A stretch of 64,000 bases of DNA, from positions 11,284,001 to 11,348,000 of the forward strand of contig OZ024758.1 of assembly GCA_964016885.1 (NCBI GenBank), read 5' to 3'. This document shows positions 15,260 to 30,861 of the stretch, in pieces (the first letter of the stretch is position 1; every line of letters starts with the position of its first letter). A program made the position numbers and the translations under genes. Below the pieces are notes generated by a model. That model made no database searches and was not told the origin of the DNA. It saw only the letters and a list, made by a program, of their open reading frames with translations. This DNA is from Eledone cirrhosa. Taxonomy: Eukaryota.

Positions 15260-15975
15260 AAGAAGGCCGAGGGTGTCCTGGCATCACCCAGCAAGACCTT
15301 TGTTAGCCGCTCTCCAGCCATCTATTTAAAGCTGTATACAGCTATGGTACGACCACACTTGGAATTCGCATCATCAGTCTGGAACCCCTATCTTGTTCAG
15401 AACATTGACCTCCTGGAAACTGTTCAGAGACGTGCAACCAAGCGCATACCCTCCATCAGACACCTACCATACTCTGAACGCCTTGCTTCCCTGGGCATGG
15501 ATTCATTGAAGCTCCGACCCACAAAGTTATTAACCATCTCGCCAACAACAACCCTGAGCACCTTTTTGATCTCCATGCGTCTAACACACGTGGACATGCC
15601 TACAAAGTCAGAAAACAACACAGCTCCCACGACTTTCGGAAACATTTTTTCACGCTTAGAGTTGCTGAAGCATGGAACAAACTGCCTGCGTCAGTTGTTC
15701 GCTGTCGAGACACTGCATCCTTTAAAACCTCCATGGAACAAACTGCCTGCGTCAGTTGTTAGCTGCTGAGACACTGCATCCTTTAAAACCCTCATACTTC
15801 CCGAAATTCGCCAAAACTACACCTGATGTCCACCTTCCATACACATGCACATGTGTGTATATCATGACTCATGCACTGTTTATTTTCCTGACGTTTGTAC
15901 ATTACCCTATGTACTATACATACACTTTTGATGAGTTGTAGTGCACCTGAGCACTGTACACAATATTTTAATTAT
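15260..15975 (+). mobile_element. CR1-type LINE 3' fragment
   Basis: LYTAMVRPHLEFASSVWNPY...LETVQRRATKRIP...YSERL, then TRGH...FFTLRVAEAWNKLP, the C-terminus of CR1-group ORF2. Frameshifted, with a short internal duplication. Confidence 0.85.
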
Positions 15976-16000
15976 TATTATAGCTGAATATGGGACATAG

Positions 16001-16191
16001 GGCGGTGGACTGGCAGTATCGGTAGAGGGTCGGACGCCATGCTTTCCAGCATAGTTACGTCCCTTTACGATCTGAGTTCAAATCCCGCCGAGGTTGACTT
16101 TGCCTTTCATCCTTACGGGGTCGATAAAATAAAGTACCAGTAATGCACTGGGGGTAATTGCTGGCCTTGTGCCTAACGTAGAAACAATTAT
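16001..16191 (+). mobile_element. tRNA-derived SINE
   Basis: Full-length family member. Further copies at 7599-7738, 20470-20645, 37299-37482, 42045-42228, 45065-45270, 53666-53852, 56097-56278 (all -), 48245-48470, 63414-63570 (+), and 62350-62600 (internally inverted). Confidence 0.85.
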
Positions 16192-16645
16192 TATAGCTGA
16201 ATATAAGCCGAGGAATATCGGAGAAAAATATTCGCCATTTAAATATGTTGCTAAGCTACATTTATAAACGGTATTTTATGGGGTTTGGATTTTTGCTAAT
16301 TTCTCGGACATAAAATAGGTAGTGGCAGGGGTTGTCTAATTTAGGCAGGAGTCAGAAAATTAAGTAATTGTCAATGTTGATTAAATCAACCCCAGTACAT
16401 GACTGGTACTTTGTTTTATCAATCCTGGAAGGATGGATGGTAAAGATGACCATGGCAGGATTGGACCAATAATAACAACATCAACCACAACAATTATAAT
16501 AACAACAACAACCACAACAATAACAACAACAACCACAACAATAACAACAACAACCACAACGAGGAAAGCTCAGTGAAAGATAAGACATCCACAGTTTTGC
16601 TTGCATAATTGAGATAGTTACAAAAGTACACATCTCTCTCACTTG

Positions 16646-16689
<44 letters not shown>

Positions 16690-16818
16690 GAGAGAGAGAT
16701 ATATACACATACACACACACACACACACTTACACACACACATATAGATAGATATATACACATACACACACAGACACTTACACTTACACACACATATATAT
16801 ATATAGAGATACACACAT

Positions 16819-16892
<74 letters not shown>

Positions 16893-17005
16893 ATATAGAG
16901 AAATACACACATACACACACACACCATGTATAAATGTATATATATATACACACACACGATATTAATGTTATAGCCAGATGTAATTCTGTAATGTTCCGTC
17001 TGGTC

Positions 17006-17041
<36 letters not shown>

Positions 17042-17047
17042 TATATT

Positions 17048-17153
<106 letters not shown>

Positions 17154-17159
17154 TATATT

Positions 17160-17299
<140 letters not shown>

Positions 17300-17308
17300 T
17301 TTATATAT

Positions 17309-17377
<69 letters not shown>

Positions 17378-17635
17378 TATATATATATATGTATATATAC
17401 AGACATACACTTACACGTATATATATATATATATATATACACACACATCAGTGGCTAGACGGAACATACAAAGCTACATGTGTACATCTGGTTCTGCTAT
17501 GACGAGATAAAATTAAAATAATATTATGTCCGTGCAAGCAGAAAGAACTGAGAACAAAGTATTATTATTTGTCTTCTTCTTTACTTTGAAGCTTTCTATC
17601 TCGATTAATTTCCTGATAAATAGAGAGAGAAAAAA

Positions 17636-17743
<108 letters not shown>

Positions 17744-17900
17744 TGGAATAAATGCTCTGAAATAGCGATATATATGTGAATATAGACATAGAATATTCGA
17801 AAATATTCTGTATGTTTATAATAAACATTTTGAAGACCTAATCGCTATAGAATAGAATACGTCACGTATTACAATTAGATTCTCGACAAAAGCAAGGGAA

Positions 17901-17943
17901 GTAATCTACGCGTTTCATTCTTGTTAGAAATCATCAGGACTAC
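17901..17943 (-). ncRNA. Minimal type I hammerhead ribozyme motif
   Basis: Exact reverse complement of the 18014-18056 motif. Confidence 0.7.
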
Positions 17944-18013
17944 ATATCCAGTGCTTTTATCGAGAATGACACAGCTAGAGACTTATAGAATACTCGATAA
18001 AAGCACTGGATAT

Positions 18014-18056
18014 GTAGTCCTGATGATTTCTAACAAGAATGAAACGCGTAGATTAC
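18014..18056 (+). ncRNA. Minimal type I hammerhead ribozyme motif
   Basis: gtagtc-CTGATGA-t ttct aaca agaa t-GAAAC gc GTA-gattac. Predicted cleavage after 18050. The first position of stem II is a U-U mismatch. Confidence 0.72.
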
Positions 18057-18323
18057 TTCCCTTGCTTTTGTCGAGAATCTAATTGTAATACGTGACGTAT
18101 TCTATTCTATAGCGATTAGGTCTTCAAAATGTTTATTATAAACATACAGAATATTTTCGAATATTCTATGTCTATATTCACATATATATCGCTATTTCAG
18201 AGCATTTATTCCAATTTCTAATTTCTGCCGGACCGGCAACCGCTCTTTCAAACCAGTTCCTGTACACAGCTAAGTATTCTATAAGTCTCTAGCTGTGTCA
18301 TTCTCGATAAAAGCACTGGATAT

Positions 18324-18366
18324 GTAGTCCTGATGATTTCTAACAAGAATGAAACGCGTAGATTAC
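18324..18366 (+). ncRNA. Minimal type I hammerhead ribozyme motif (second tandem copy)
   Basis: Identical to 18014-18056 and exactly 310 nt downstream. Confidence 0.72.
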
Positions 18367-18486
18367 TTCCCTTGCTTTTGTCGAGAATCTAATTGTAATA
18401 CGTGACGTATTCTATTCTATAGCGATTAGGTCTTCAAAATGTTTATTATAAACATACAGAATATTTTCGAATATTCTATGTCTATA

Positions 18487-18891
<405 letters not shown>

Positions 18892-19087
18892 GTGTTGTTT
18901 ACTTGTCTCACTCGCTTTACGCGTTTCTATTGTCCTAATAACTTATTTTAGTTATTATCGCTCCAACGTGAGGTATATGATTTTTAATGCGATGAAATAC
19001 CCATGATCGTTTGGTAAATCACTGATGAGGGACTCATTTTATAACATGTTATCCATGTGCAACCAGCAGTATTCTTCTCACCCATAT

Positions 19088-19134
<47 letters not shown>

Positions 19135-19574
19135 CTCTGTCAGTTACACTTTCTCTCGACTGACCTCTTCCTCGCACTTCCACTCACTCACTCTCTGTTT
19201 CTCCCCTTCTCACTTCCTCCCGTTTGGCTAGTAGTGGGTTCTCTTCTTACTCACATCTCACTCACGTCGGACGGTCTGTATCCCGATCGCTCATGAAATC
19301 CACCCAGCTTATGCTGACCGGATAACCATGTTGCTTGTTTTTTCCTATCTTTGCGTTGCTTTCATCCTTCTATGTTGTTTACTTGTCTCACTCGCTTTAC
19401 GCGATTTACTTGTCCCAACAGCTTTATTTAGCTATTGCTCGCACCAACCTGAGGTATATGATTTTTAATGCGATGAAATACCAATGAAAGTTGGAAAATC
19501 ACTGACGAAGGACTATTTTTATCATATGTAACCCATGTGCAACCACGCAGTATTCTTCTTTCTTCTCATGTTTG

Positions 19575-19612
<38 letters not shown>

Positions 19613-19703
19613 TGAGAGGGAGAGAGAAACAATATATATAGAGAGAGTGAGAGAGAGAGAGAAACAATATATATATAGAGAGAGAGAGTGAGAGGGAGAG
19701 AGA

Positions 19704-19763
<60 letters not shown>

Positions 19764-20654
19764 GTGAGGTTTGTTTTACAAAATGAAAAATAACCGAGGT
19801 GTCCTACACGAGTGAAAGTATAAAGAAAAAAAAGATGAAATCGAAAATGCAACTGGAGTCTTATTTAAAAAATATATATATATTTATTTGGTTCCTTTAC
19901 CGGTTTCGCAGTTCTTCTGCTTTTCAAAAGTAGAGTTGAGATGGGTGTGTATATAACGGAGTCGTAGGAATGCCATATTCACATACAGTACTTCAAGGAC
20001 ATTATAAAAACCTGGCGGAGCCAATCTCCTCTCCAACTCAACAGAAACAAAGGTATTGTCCATACTATGAGTCAGAGGATCTGCTTTATCACGCTGAATC
20101 TCCCTGAGAACTACGTAAATGTTTACCTGTGTCTGAAATATTCAACCCCTTTTATGTTAATTTCATAAACAGCTTGTTCCATTGAACATAGGTCCTCGTT
20201 TATAACTGACGGAGGTCCCTCAACATTAGTTTTACGTGAATATAATCATTTAGCAACATTTTCCAATGGCGGAGAGTGTAGTTTTATCCTAGCCTTAAAT
20301 AGTCAAACTGAATGTTTTTTTTATCCCGCTAGAAATTAACTATATTTAAACATTTTGAATGAATAAATTACAAGGGAGATAACTCTATTTAGCTTTAAGT
20401 TCATCAAGGGAAATAACTCTTCACAGAATGTTTAATTTTGTAAATTTTTTTTTAGGTCGACTAATACATTAATTGTTACTACTTTAGGCACAAGGCCAGC
20501 AATTATCCAGTGTATTACTGGTACTTTACTTTATCGACCCCGTAAGGATGAAAGGCAAAGTTAACCTCGGTGGGATTTGAACTCAGACATAAAGGGACAT
20601 AACTCTATGCTGGAAAGCATGGCGTCCGACCCTTTACTGGTACTGTCAAGGGTT

Positions 20655-21036
20655 GGAACCCAACGGCCGGGTACCCAGAGGGGGATAAGGAAGTAATGGA
20701 CAAGATCTGTCGGATGGGACCCAATGGCCGGGTACCCGGAGGGGGATAAGGAAGTAATGGACAAGATCTGTCGGATGGGACCCAATGGCCGGGTACCCAG
20801 AGGGGGATAAGGAAGTAATGGACAAGATCTGTCGGATGGGACCCAATGGCCGGGTACCCGGAGGGGGATAAGGAAGTAATGGACAAGATCTGTCGGAATG
20901 GACCCAATGGCCGGGTACCCGGAGGGGGATAAGGAAGTAATGGACAAGATCTGTCGGAATGGACCCAATGGCCGGGTACCCGGAGGGGGATAAGAAAGTA
21001 ATGGACAAGATCTGTCGGATGGGACCCAACGGCCGG
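20655..21036. repeat. 61-bp GC-rich minisatellite
   Basis: Unit caagatctgtcggatgggacccaatggccgggtacccggagggggataaggaagtaatgga, about 6 copies. Confidence 0.9.
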
Positions 21037-21225
21037 GGCCCAACGGCGGGGACCCAGAGGCGGAGAAGTTAGTTGGGGGTTACTCTCTATTTCTTTATGT
21101 TAGATCTCAGACCTCATTCGCTTACCAAAAGGGGAAGGGAAAGTCGATTATATCAACCCCAGTGCATTACTGGTACTTTATTTTATCGACTCCGTAAGGA
21201 TGAAATGCAAAGCTAACTTCCGTGG

Positions 21226-21290
<65 letters not shown>

Positions 21291-22394
21291 AACATATCTA
21301 TATACTATGGACGTTCTCATAGTTTCCGTAACATCTACGAAATTTCACACTCACAAGGTCAATCTGAGACTATATAAGGTGACACTTTCAAAACCAATTA
21401 ATCGGCAAAAACGACTGATATTCCCGATGCCGATTATCTTCTGCCGATTAATCCTCGGAAACCTAGTTATATCAACCGGAACGATTTAGTTAAGCATTAC
21501 ATTACATTCCATTAATATTGTAAAACTAATAATCGATAAGAGCATAAAATAGCTCACCTGGAATATATATACTACGTGTGGGATATATATATATATATAG
21601 GAAAAGAGTCAGGACCCCAACGGCTGAGCTCCGGCCGTTTCGACAGCTAGATCCAAACTGTTCATTGTGGTGGTGGTGATGGGGCATGTAATCAATATGT
21701 CAGAGCTATAGAGACACATGTTGGTGGGAATACATACAAATACACACATATATATTCACCTGGAATTAGCTGTTGAAACGGCAAGAGCTCAGCCGTTGGG
21801 CTCCCGACTCTTTATAATATATATATATATGTGTATAAATACAAATATATATGATGGCTGAAACTCGATTACGAGTAATGCCATCGCTTGACACTTAAGC
21901 ATGAGCATGAGGGACGTAGCTTTTTAGTCCAGTTAGGGACTTGCCTATGGCCAGCAATACCATCCATCGCAAAAAATGTCACATATCAAGCAATGCCTGT
22001 GCTTTTTTTTAGTGAGGAATGTCTTTGCATGGGGCAAATCTCAATCTTTGAACATAGAATGCATTTACCCAAAAAGAACTGGTCTACATCATAGGATGCA
22101 AATAAAGTCACGGGTTTTCTATCAGCGTAACCTTCTCATAGAGAGATGTCTTAACGAAAACTAGGGGTCTCTCGCTCCTAAGCGCCCCTAGAGCGGACGG
22201 ACTCTCTTGAGTTCCTCCGCTCTTTGACAAGTCTTGTTTTTCATCCCGCAGGGTGTCCAAAATCACCCTCCTCACCTAGCAAGTTTGGTGGGGTTGCCGG
22301 TTTAGTCACTGGCTACAGGACCATGCACAGGTTGTACTGGGTTACAAGTTACCAGTAGCACTGAAGAGCGACCTACCTAACATAACCCCCCCCC

Positions 22395-22444
<50 letters not shown>

Positions 22445-22840
22445 ATATATACATACATACATTTATACATACACATACAATCCTACATACATACCACAGC
22501 AAACATATGCTAATTCTTATGCGTGTCTTTGCAACTATAGATCAATGTAAAGTTCGATTTATAATTTCCTATACAGACTTTGCAAGTATAAACGTGCCTA
22601 ATATAGATGTCAATTACACTCAAGCATTGGATATCACTGAGAAAATCGAACAACCATTAATAATAAAATATGTAACATGTCACAACTAAATAATTGTGTA
22701 TAACATATTGTATTGAATAGAAAACGGACGTAAAATACGATATAAATTATAAAACAGTACAGACTAATCTATCTTTTTACATTGAGTCTATTATTTACCT
22801 CCATAAATATTTGTGATTCCTCACAACACAGTGAAGAAAT

Positions 22841-23207
22841 ATGTATTGCCTCTCAGCCTGTGTTATCAGTCTAAAAGGAAGTCTTCGTGTCGTTACTATC
22901 TTGGCGTTGTTATTATCTCAGATAAGCTATGGTAATAGTAATAACAATGTTATTAATTTTAGAGAATATTATGCAGAATCTATCCAACATTCGGCATTTG
23001 ACATCCCAGAAGCTGACCAATTACTTGAGGAGTTCAACATTTCAATTATCGAATGTTTTAGCCTCTGCATTACATATCCTAAATGCCTTGTATTTATGTA
23101 CAATGTTTTCGATGGCCGATGTATTCTTCGTAAGATCAAACAGTTACCTGGGGCTTCTTCGTTTATCAATATTCCTGCAGAAATTATTCTCTACATGTTA
23201 CGAGCCC
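22841..23207 (+). CDS. PAN/apple + C-type lectin gene, exon 1 (signal peptide + PAN/apple-like domain)
   Basis: ATG at 22841. Hydrophobic N-terminus (VVTILALLLSQISYG), then a 4-Cys PAN-like motif ECFSLCITYPKCLVFMYNVFDGRCIL. GTGAGT donor at 23208, phase 1, matching the next exon. Confidence 0.85.
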
Positions 23208-23525
23208 GTGAGTTGTTTTATGATTTTCCTTTCTAGCATGTGTGTTGTGTATGTTTATTGAGTAAACAGAAAAAACAAACAAACAAAAAAAAAAAACAAT
23301 ATCATTCTCCCCACCAACCCTCGAAAATCACAGAACAAAGTCACATTTTTGGTTAGGAAGAATAATTTCAGTATTTTTCTTCTTATATGTTTATAGAAAT
23401 AGGTTTCCAGTGTTTTAAATAAATCCCTCCTTTCGTTATATTTTTCGTAATAATTTCAGATAATTTTGAAAATAATCAAGAATGTTGAGTGATTTAGTAA
23501 CATAATATGACAAAAAACATCTAGT

Positions 23526-24010
23526 CCACACTGTAAAGAGGTCGTGTAGGTGTCATGCCAAAAAGCACCCACTCCACACTGTAAAGAGGTCGTGTAGGTA
23601 TCATGCCAAAAAGCACCCACTCCACACCGTAAAATGGTCGTGTAGGTGTCATTCCAAAAAGCACCCATTCCACACCGTAAAATGGTCGTGTAGGTGTCAT
23701 GCCAAAAATCACCCACACCACACTGTAAAGAGGTCGTGTAGGTGTCATGCCAAAAAGCACCCACTCCACACCGTAAAATGGTCGTGTAGGTGTCATTCCA
23801 AAAAGCACCCAGTTCACATTGTAAAGTGGTCATGTAGGTGTGTCACAACAAAAAGCACCCAATCCACACCTTAAAGTTGTTGTGTTCGTATCACAACAAA
23901 AATACCCAGTCCACACTGTAAAGTGGTTGTGTAGGTGTCATTCCAAAAAGCACCCAGTCCACACTGTAAAGTGGTTGTGTAGGTGTCATTCCCAAAAGCA
24001 CCCAGTTCAC
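23526..24010. repeat. 48-bp minisatellite derived from an internal segment of the SINE-like repeat (lectin intron 1)
   Basis: Unit ccacactgtaaagaggtcgtgtaggtgtcatgccaaaaagcacccact, about 10 copies; the same motif occurs singly at 53965-54040. Confidence 0.85.
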
Positions 24011-24197
24011 AGAATTATTAATATAATCATATTTTAAAATTATCAAACTGGTATTTGGAACAAAACAAAGATCAATTCATAAAATTATGATGGAGGATTC
24101 TTAGCTAAGCATAAACACTTTGAAACAAACAGTTTTGTATTGTAGAACAACTGGTGATTTCAAACAGTTGGATTTTATATCAAGATAGCTAAAAATA

Positions 24198-24508
24198 TAT
24201 GACTTTTTATCTCTGACTTTTATGTATGACTTTTATCGCTGACTTTTATCTATGACTCTTTATCTATGACTTTTATCTATGACTTTTATCTATGACTTTT
24301 ATCTATGACTTTTATCTATGACTTTTATCTGACTTTTTATCTATGAATTTTATTTATGAATTTTATCTATGACTTTTATCTATGACTTTTTATCTATGAA
24401 TTTTATCTATGACTTTTATCTATGACTTTTATCTGTGACTTTTATCTGTGAATTTTATCTATGACTTTTATCTATGACTTTTACCTATGACTTTTATATG
24501 TGACTTTT
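24198..24508. repeat. 13-bp minisatellite
   Basis: Unit tatgacttttatc, just upstream of lectin exon 2. Confidence 0.85.
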
Positions 24509-24571
24509 TTCTACATTTATCTTGGTTGTATCTAAATAACTTTACCTATAAATCATATTTTATTTTCATAG

Positions 24572-24754
24572 CGGGATGTCCTACATCATCCGGCTACATT
24601 TATCAACCAGAACTTAGAATATGTTTTAAAATAAGCACTGAAAATAAAACTTGGGACGAAGCAGCAGACATTTGTAATAACGACCATGGGCAACTTATAC
24701 ATCTTAAAACTTTTGAAATAAACAAGTATATATTGACATTACTATTATCATCAA
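24572..24754 (+). CDS. PAN/apple + C-type lectin gene, exon 2 (N-terminal half of the CTLD)
   Basis: ttttcatAG acceptor. Encodes GCPTSSGYIYQPELRICFKISTENKTWDEAADICNNDHGQLIHL, the long-form CTLD start. GTGAGT donor at 24755, phase 1 to phase 1. Confidence 0.9.
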
Positions 24755-24984
24755 GTGAGTAACATTTCAGGCTCTTGAATAGTTTATAAGGCTATCTCAT
24801 ATATATATATATATATATATATATTGTTATACTTTGGGAGGGCCATGTTGCCAATAAGAAACACACGCACCAGTAGCTTTCACTCCAATTTATTATAAAT
24901 TAAAACATTTAAGAAAAAAAAAAATAAATAAATAAATTTCTGGTTGGTTGGTTGGTTCCACAAGCGGACGATTGTTCATATATT

Positions 24985-25027
24985 GTCAAAGTTCTTTCGT
25001 CACACATTCTGTGACCTCTTCAGTGAC
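24985..25027 (-). ncRNA. Minimal type I hammerhead ribozyme motif
   Basis: Reverse complement of the 30256-30298 motif, within the repeat at 24822-25085. Confidence 0.65.
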
Positions 25028-25081
25028 TGGGGATTCTTTTCTTTGTATTGTGCCTCTCCTTTGTTCTGTCCTACGCCATCT

Positions 25082-25127
<46 letters not shown>

Positions 25128-25697
25128 ATAGTAATAAATGTGAAGACTAGAATCCAAAGAGGGCTCGATAAGGATAAATATATATCAACTATATAAGAAC
25201 CCCAGATTAAAGTTTAAGCAAAGAAACGCTTCAGGTGAAATCAGCGATTCTTTGCTTAAAATTTAATGTTATTTTAATATATATATATATATATATATAT
25301 ACTGTATTAACTGTTGTGGGACTATTTCTACCAAACTCGTCCCATGGACGAGTTTGGTAGAATTATATATATATATATATATATGTAGGAGGTGAGTTTT
25401 ATTGTAGTACAATAAAGCAATGCAGACATCGGATAAGAAGCACTCTACAGTTTGTAGGACTGGAGTATACATAATATATAAGACCAAAAGATGGTTAAAT
25501 GAGTTCCATGTATTTTATTATGCGCATTTCAAAAACAAATATCATCATGCAATAACATTTGTGTTTTCATCAGATAAAATAGGAGGACATGATATGAAGG
25601 TTAAAAACACTTGTGGATAGTGCAGTTTTAAATCAACATATGTTGATTTAAAACTGCACTATCCACAAGTGTTTTTAACCTTCATATCATGTCCTCC

Positions 25698-25768
25698 TAT
25701 TTTATCTGATGAAAACACAAATGTTATTGCATGATGATATTTGTTTTTGAAATGCGCATAATAAAATA
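25698..25768 (+). ncRNA. Type I hammerhead ribozyme motif (mirror copy on - strand at 25511-25581)
   Basis: tattttat-CTGATGA-stem II of about 15 bp-GAAA-tgcgca-TA-ataaaata. Perfect 8-bp stem I and palindromic helix III. Predicted cleavage after 25760. Confidence 0.78.
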
Positions 25769-25796
25769 CATGGAACTCATTTAACCATCTTTTGAT

Positions 25797-25880
<84 letters not shown>

Positions 25881-26034
25881 TAAAAGGAATTCCAACTTTG
25901 TCTGATTTACTATTTTATTTACAGTCCTTTAAAATGTATAATGGTATTAGAATGAAATAGTATGGTAGAATATTAAATATTGAGTGTTAATTGAACAAGT
26001 ACTTTCATGCTTTCGCAATCCTCAGTTTCATATT

Positions 26035-28442
26035 CTGTCCAATACGAGAAAAAACGGCTCAAGCGGAAATATAAGTGGATCTTGTCTAAACTCCACAACG
26101 AGAACATCGACACTAACGAACAGACGGACCAGAACCACGTGGAAAACAACAACTTAACAACCGCCACCGCCGCATCCACCAACACCGAGCCACACCTCAA
26201 CGATGCGACGCACCTGGTCACCGACCTAACCGGCACTCTCACGAGCGACGAGCTGAAACTCCTACACCTCGGACCCAAGTTCATCGTCTCACAACGACTC
26301 GACGACAGACTCAAACTCAACATCGAGGCCAACTTTTGTCGAGCCGCTTACCAACTTAAATGGGTGACCGCCATCAACAGCGCCACAGAAAATAACAGCG
26401 CCCACGCAACCCACCCCAAGTTCCCCACTTACCACCTGACAACCCACTCCACCCCCCACTCACCAACCACGAACTCGACACTAAACTCATCAGGCTAAAA
26501 CACTCCATCTCGGATATACTTCACAAACACACACACACGCACAACACACAACCTCACCAAATCTCAACTCACCACTCTCTCCAACCTAAAATCGAAGAAC
26601 CTCATCTATCTCCCCTCCGACAAAGGAAAATAATTCTGCGTCATCAGCAGAGAGGCCTACACCACCCTGGCCCTCCAACACCTTGACGATGACAACCTCT
26701 ACTCCAAGGTCACGGGAATCACTCCCGCGCAGATAGAAGAGCACATCAACGACGCCTGGACCAACATCTGCGACCGCCGGATGCTCCCGAAGAAGCTGAG
26801 ATACAACCTCCTCACGAGGAACAGCAGACTACCCGCCTTCTACCACCTCGTGAAAACACACAAACAGGGACCCGACCTGAAGATCAGGCCCATTGTATCG
26901 AGCGTGGAAGGACCACTCTACAAAATTTCATGGCTCCTAGCCAGAATACTCAAACCCATCTTAGACACCTTGCCGGGACACGTTAGCAGCTCCGAGGAGG
27001 TGTTGAAGCGCCTGCATCAAATGGATCCCGACATCAGAAGGAATAACAGATATGCCTTCAGCCTTGATGTAGTCGCTCTCCACACCTCGGTCCCGGCACT
27101 CGCGGCCGTCAATATACTGATGGAACGCGTCCAATCCACCGACCTACACTGCTTCGGGCTCACCACCACTGACATCCACCAACTCCTATCCATCGTCGTC
27201 GACAACACCTACTTCGGATTCCTTGACCAAACATACCAACAAACCTCGGGACTGCCCATGGGATCAAGCCTGTCGGGTGTGCTAGCGATCTCTTACATGG
27301 ACAGCCTCGAGCGCAAGGCACTCAACGCCTGCCACCCCAACGCCGTCGCCTTTTTCTCAAGGTACGTGGAGGATACCCTCATCCTCACATCTTCCCAAGA
27401 GACGGCGAACAGAATCTATGAGACGTTCAACAACACGGACGAGAACATTGACTTCAGTGTTGAACACCCCAACGACGACGGGTCACTTGCCCTCCTCGAC
27501 TTCCGAATCAACATCACGGAACAGGGAGGGATCCACTGCAACTTCTACCGAAAGGCAGCCTGCAGGGACCTGTTCGTTCACTACAAATCCGCCCTCTCTA
27601 ACAGTGCCAAAAGAGGGTACATCACGAACGAGATCGCGCGAATCAAAAACAGATGCAGCGATCCCGCGAGTGGTGTCACTCATACCAAGCGATTCCTCGA
27701 GGTGCTGGAGACGAACGGGTACCCTACCTCGCTCACAGACAGAGTGGGAGACGCCAGACACAAGAGACAGAGAGGCACCCAAGGCAAGTGCTTCCTTAAA
27801 ATGCCACACCTGGGCGAGAATACCACCAACGTTATCCGCAAGGCTATACGGAGGGAGGGCCTCGACATCCACCTGGCCCACTCGGGCCCCTCCCTGTGAA
27901 GATGCCTCTCCAGAAAACCCAGGAAATCAACTGACGCGTGGTCCCTCAGAGACTGCCCGATGTGCCATGCGAATTGTTGCCTACGCACATACGTCGTGTA
28001 TAAGATAGAATGTAACAAGTGCAACCAATACTATATAGGTAGCACAATCCGGCCGTTGCACATCCGGATCAAGGAGCACACTAACACCAGGGCCTCGTCT
28101 TTCCGGAAACACATAGCCAAATGCGGAAACAAAGACGGAAGGTCCATTGTCACAATTTTAGCGACAGAAAGAAGCGTCGGCACCTTACGTATCAAGGAAG
28201 CACTTTGGATCAAACGCCTAGGGCCACAATTAAACAACCGATCCGAGAGAAGCGAAATGAGGTGGTTGGTTTAAGTTAACAAACGATGCAGCAACACACG
28301 CACACACACACACAAGCGAGACAGCAACATACGCACACACACAAACAGTAGCATTCCACCATACGAACATACTACACTGCCAATACAGAGGAACAAGGCA
28401 ATAACACACGCACATACACACACACCCAAGCGAGACAACAAC

Positions 28443-28481
<39 letters not shown>

Positions 28482-28930
28482 CATTCACCAAACAGGCAGA
28501 GAATGGACTGGCAGCTAGCGCCACCACACTCCCATAATTGAAAGAACTACTTCGGCCGCTGACCTCTGCCTGACCGACCCCATTTCACGCGCACGCGCGC
28601 TCTGCTGAATACCTAAGATATTCAAAATAACGAACAGCGGAGGACTCGTTTCGCATCTTTCCGACAGACAACCCCCCCCCCCGGAAAATCCCACAGTTGA
28701 TGAATGTGAATCCGAAATATATAGGGACAATTAAATCTCTCCCAAGGTAACTCTATCTCGTGTTGTTATTTTTATTTTTATCCTTTATGCTCTTTCCTTC
28801 ATCCCTCATTCCTCTACACGTTACAATCTTATACACGCCACGCATATCAACGAACACCCACTTACATCTCTCTCTCCACCACCGGATCTTGTTACCGGAG
28901 ATTTACCCATCTGCATTGTCGAGGCTTCCA
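26035..28930 (+). mobile_element. Penelope-like retroelement (RT + GIY-YIG endonuclease), decayed, in lectin intron 2
   Basis: RT motifs FSLDVVALHTSVP, YQQTSGLPMGSSLS and FSRYVEDT (YVDD changed to YVED). In-frame endonuclease VVYKIECNKCNQYYIGST...RIKEH ends at 28274. In-frame stops at 26631 and 27897 and a frameshift near 26450-26500. Boundaries approximate. Confidence 0.92.
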
Positions 28931-28934
28931 AACT

Positions 28935-30127
<1,193 letters not shown>

Positions 30128-30255
30128 CGTTTCTGAATTTGTTTAGCAAGATTCTTTATCTGAAAACATGTGTTGAAACGTGTGTTTTTGAGAAAAACAA
30201 GATGGCGTAGGACAGAACAAAGGAGAGGCACACAAAATAAAGAAAAGAATCCCCA

Positions 30256-30298
30256 GTCACTGAAGAGGTCACAGAATGTGTGACGAAAGAACTTTGAC
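30256..30298 (+). ncRNA. Minimal type I hammerhead ribozyme motif
   Basis: gtca-CTGAAGA-g gtcac agaatgt gtgac-GAAAG aa CTT-tgac. Confidence 0.65.
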
Positions 30299-30710
30299 AA
30301 TATATAGACAACCATCTGGTTGTGGAACCAACCAACCAACCGGAAATTTATAAATTCCTAAATTTATAAATTTATTATAATAAATTGAAGTGAAAGCAAC
30401 TGGTGCATGTGTTTCTTATTGGCAACATGACCCTCCCAAAGTATAACAATATATATATATATATATATATATATTGTTATACTTTGGGAGGACACTACGG
30501 CTTAATACGGGATGTTTGTTTAGTAACACACCGAGCATTATAATAAATGTTCGGTGAATCCATACGTACATATATATATGTGTGCATGTATGTATATAAA
30601 TATACATACTACTGTACGTCTGTATACATATATGTATGTACGTGTACATACTTATATTTAAGTAACAGCCGTACTAAGAGTGGGAAATGAAATTTCGTTT
30701 CATTTTTTCC

Positions 30711-30780
<70 letters not shown>

Positions 30781-30861
30781 ATATATAAAATAGGAACAAG
30801 GCAATATTAATATGTTTCTGCAGACCAAATTCATGTCTCTATTGTTTACATTTTGTTTTAG

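Noticed and set aside
16001-16095. Possible tRNA genes
   Set aside because: A/B-box-like heads continue directly into the shared SINE core and do not form a full cloverleaf.
20561-21043. Repetitive Pro-rich ORFs in three frames
   Set aside because: They are a by-product of the 61-bp minisatellite.
22801-22810. TATA-like element (cataaata) upstream of the lectin ATG
   Set aside because: Such motifs are too common in this AT-rich sequence to call without transcription-start data.
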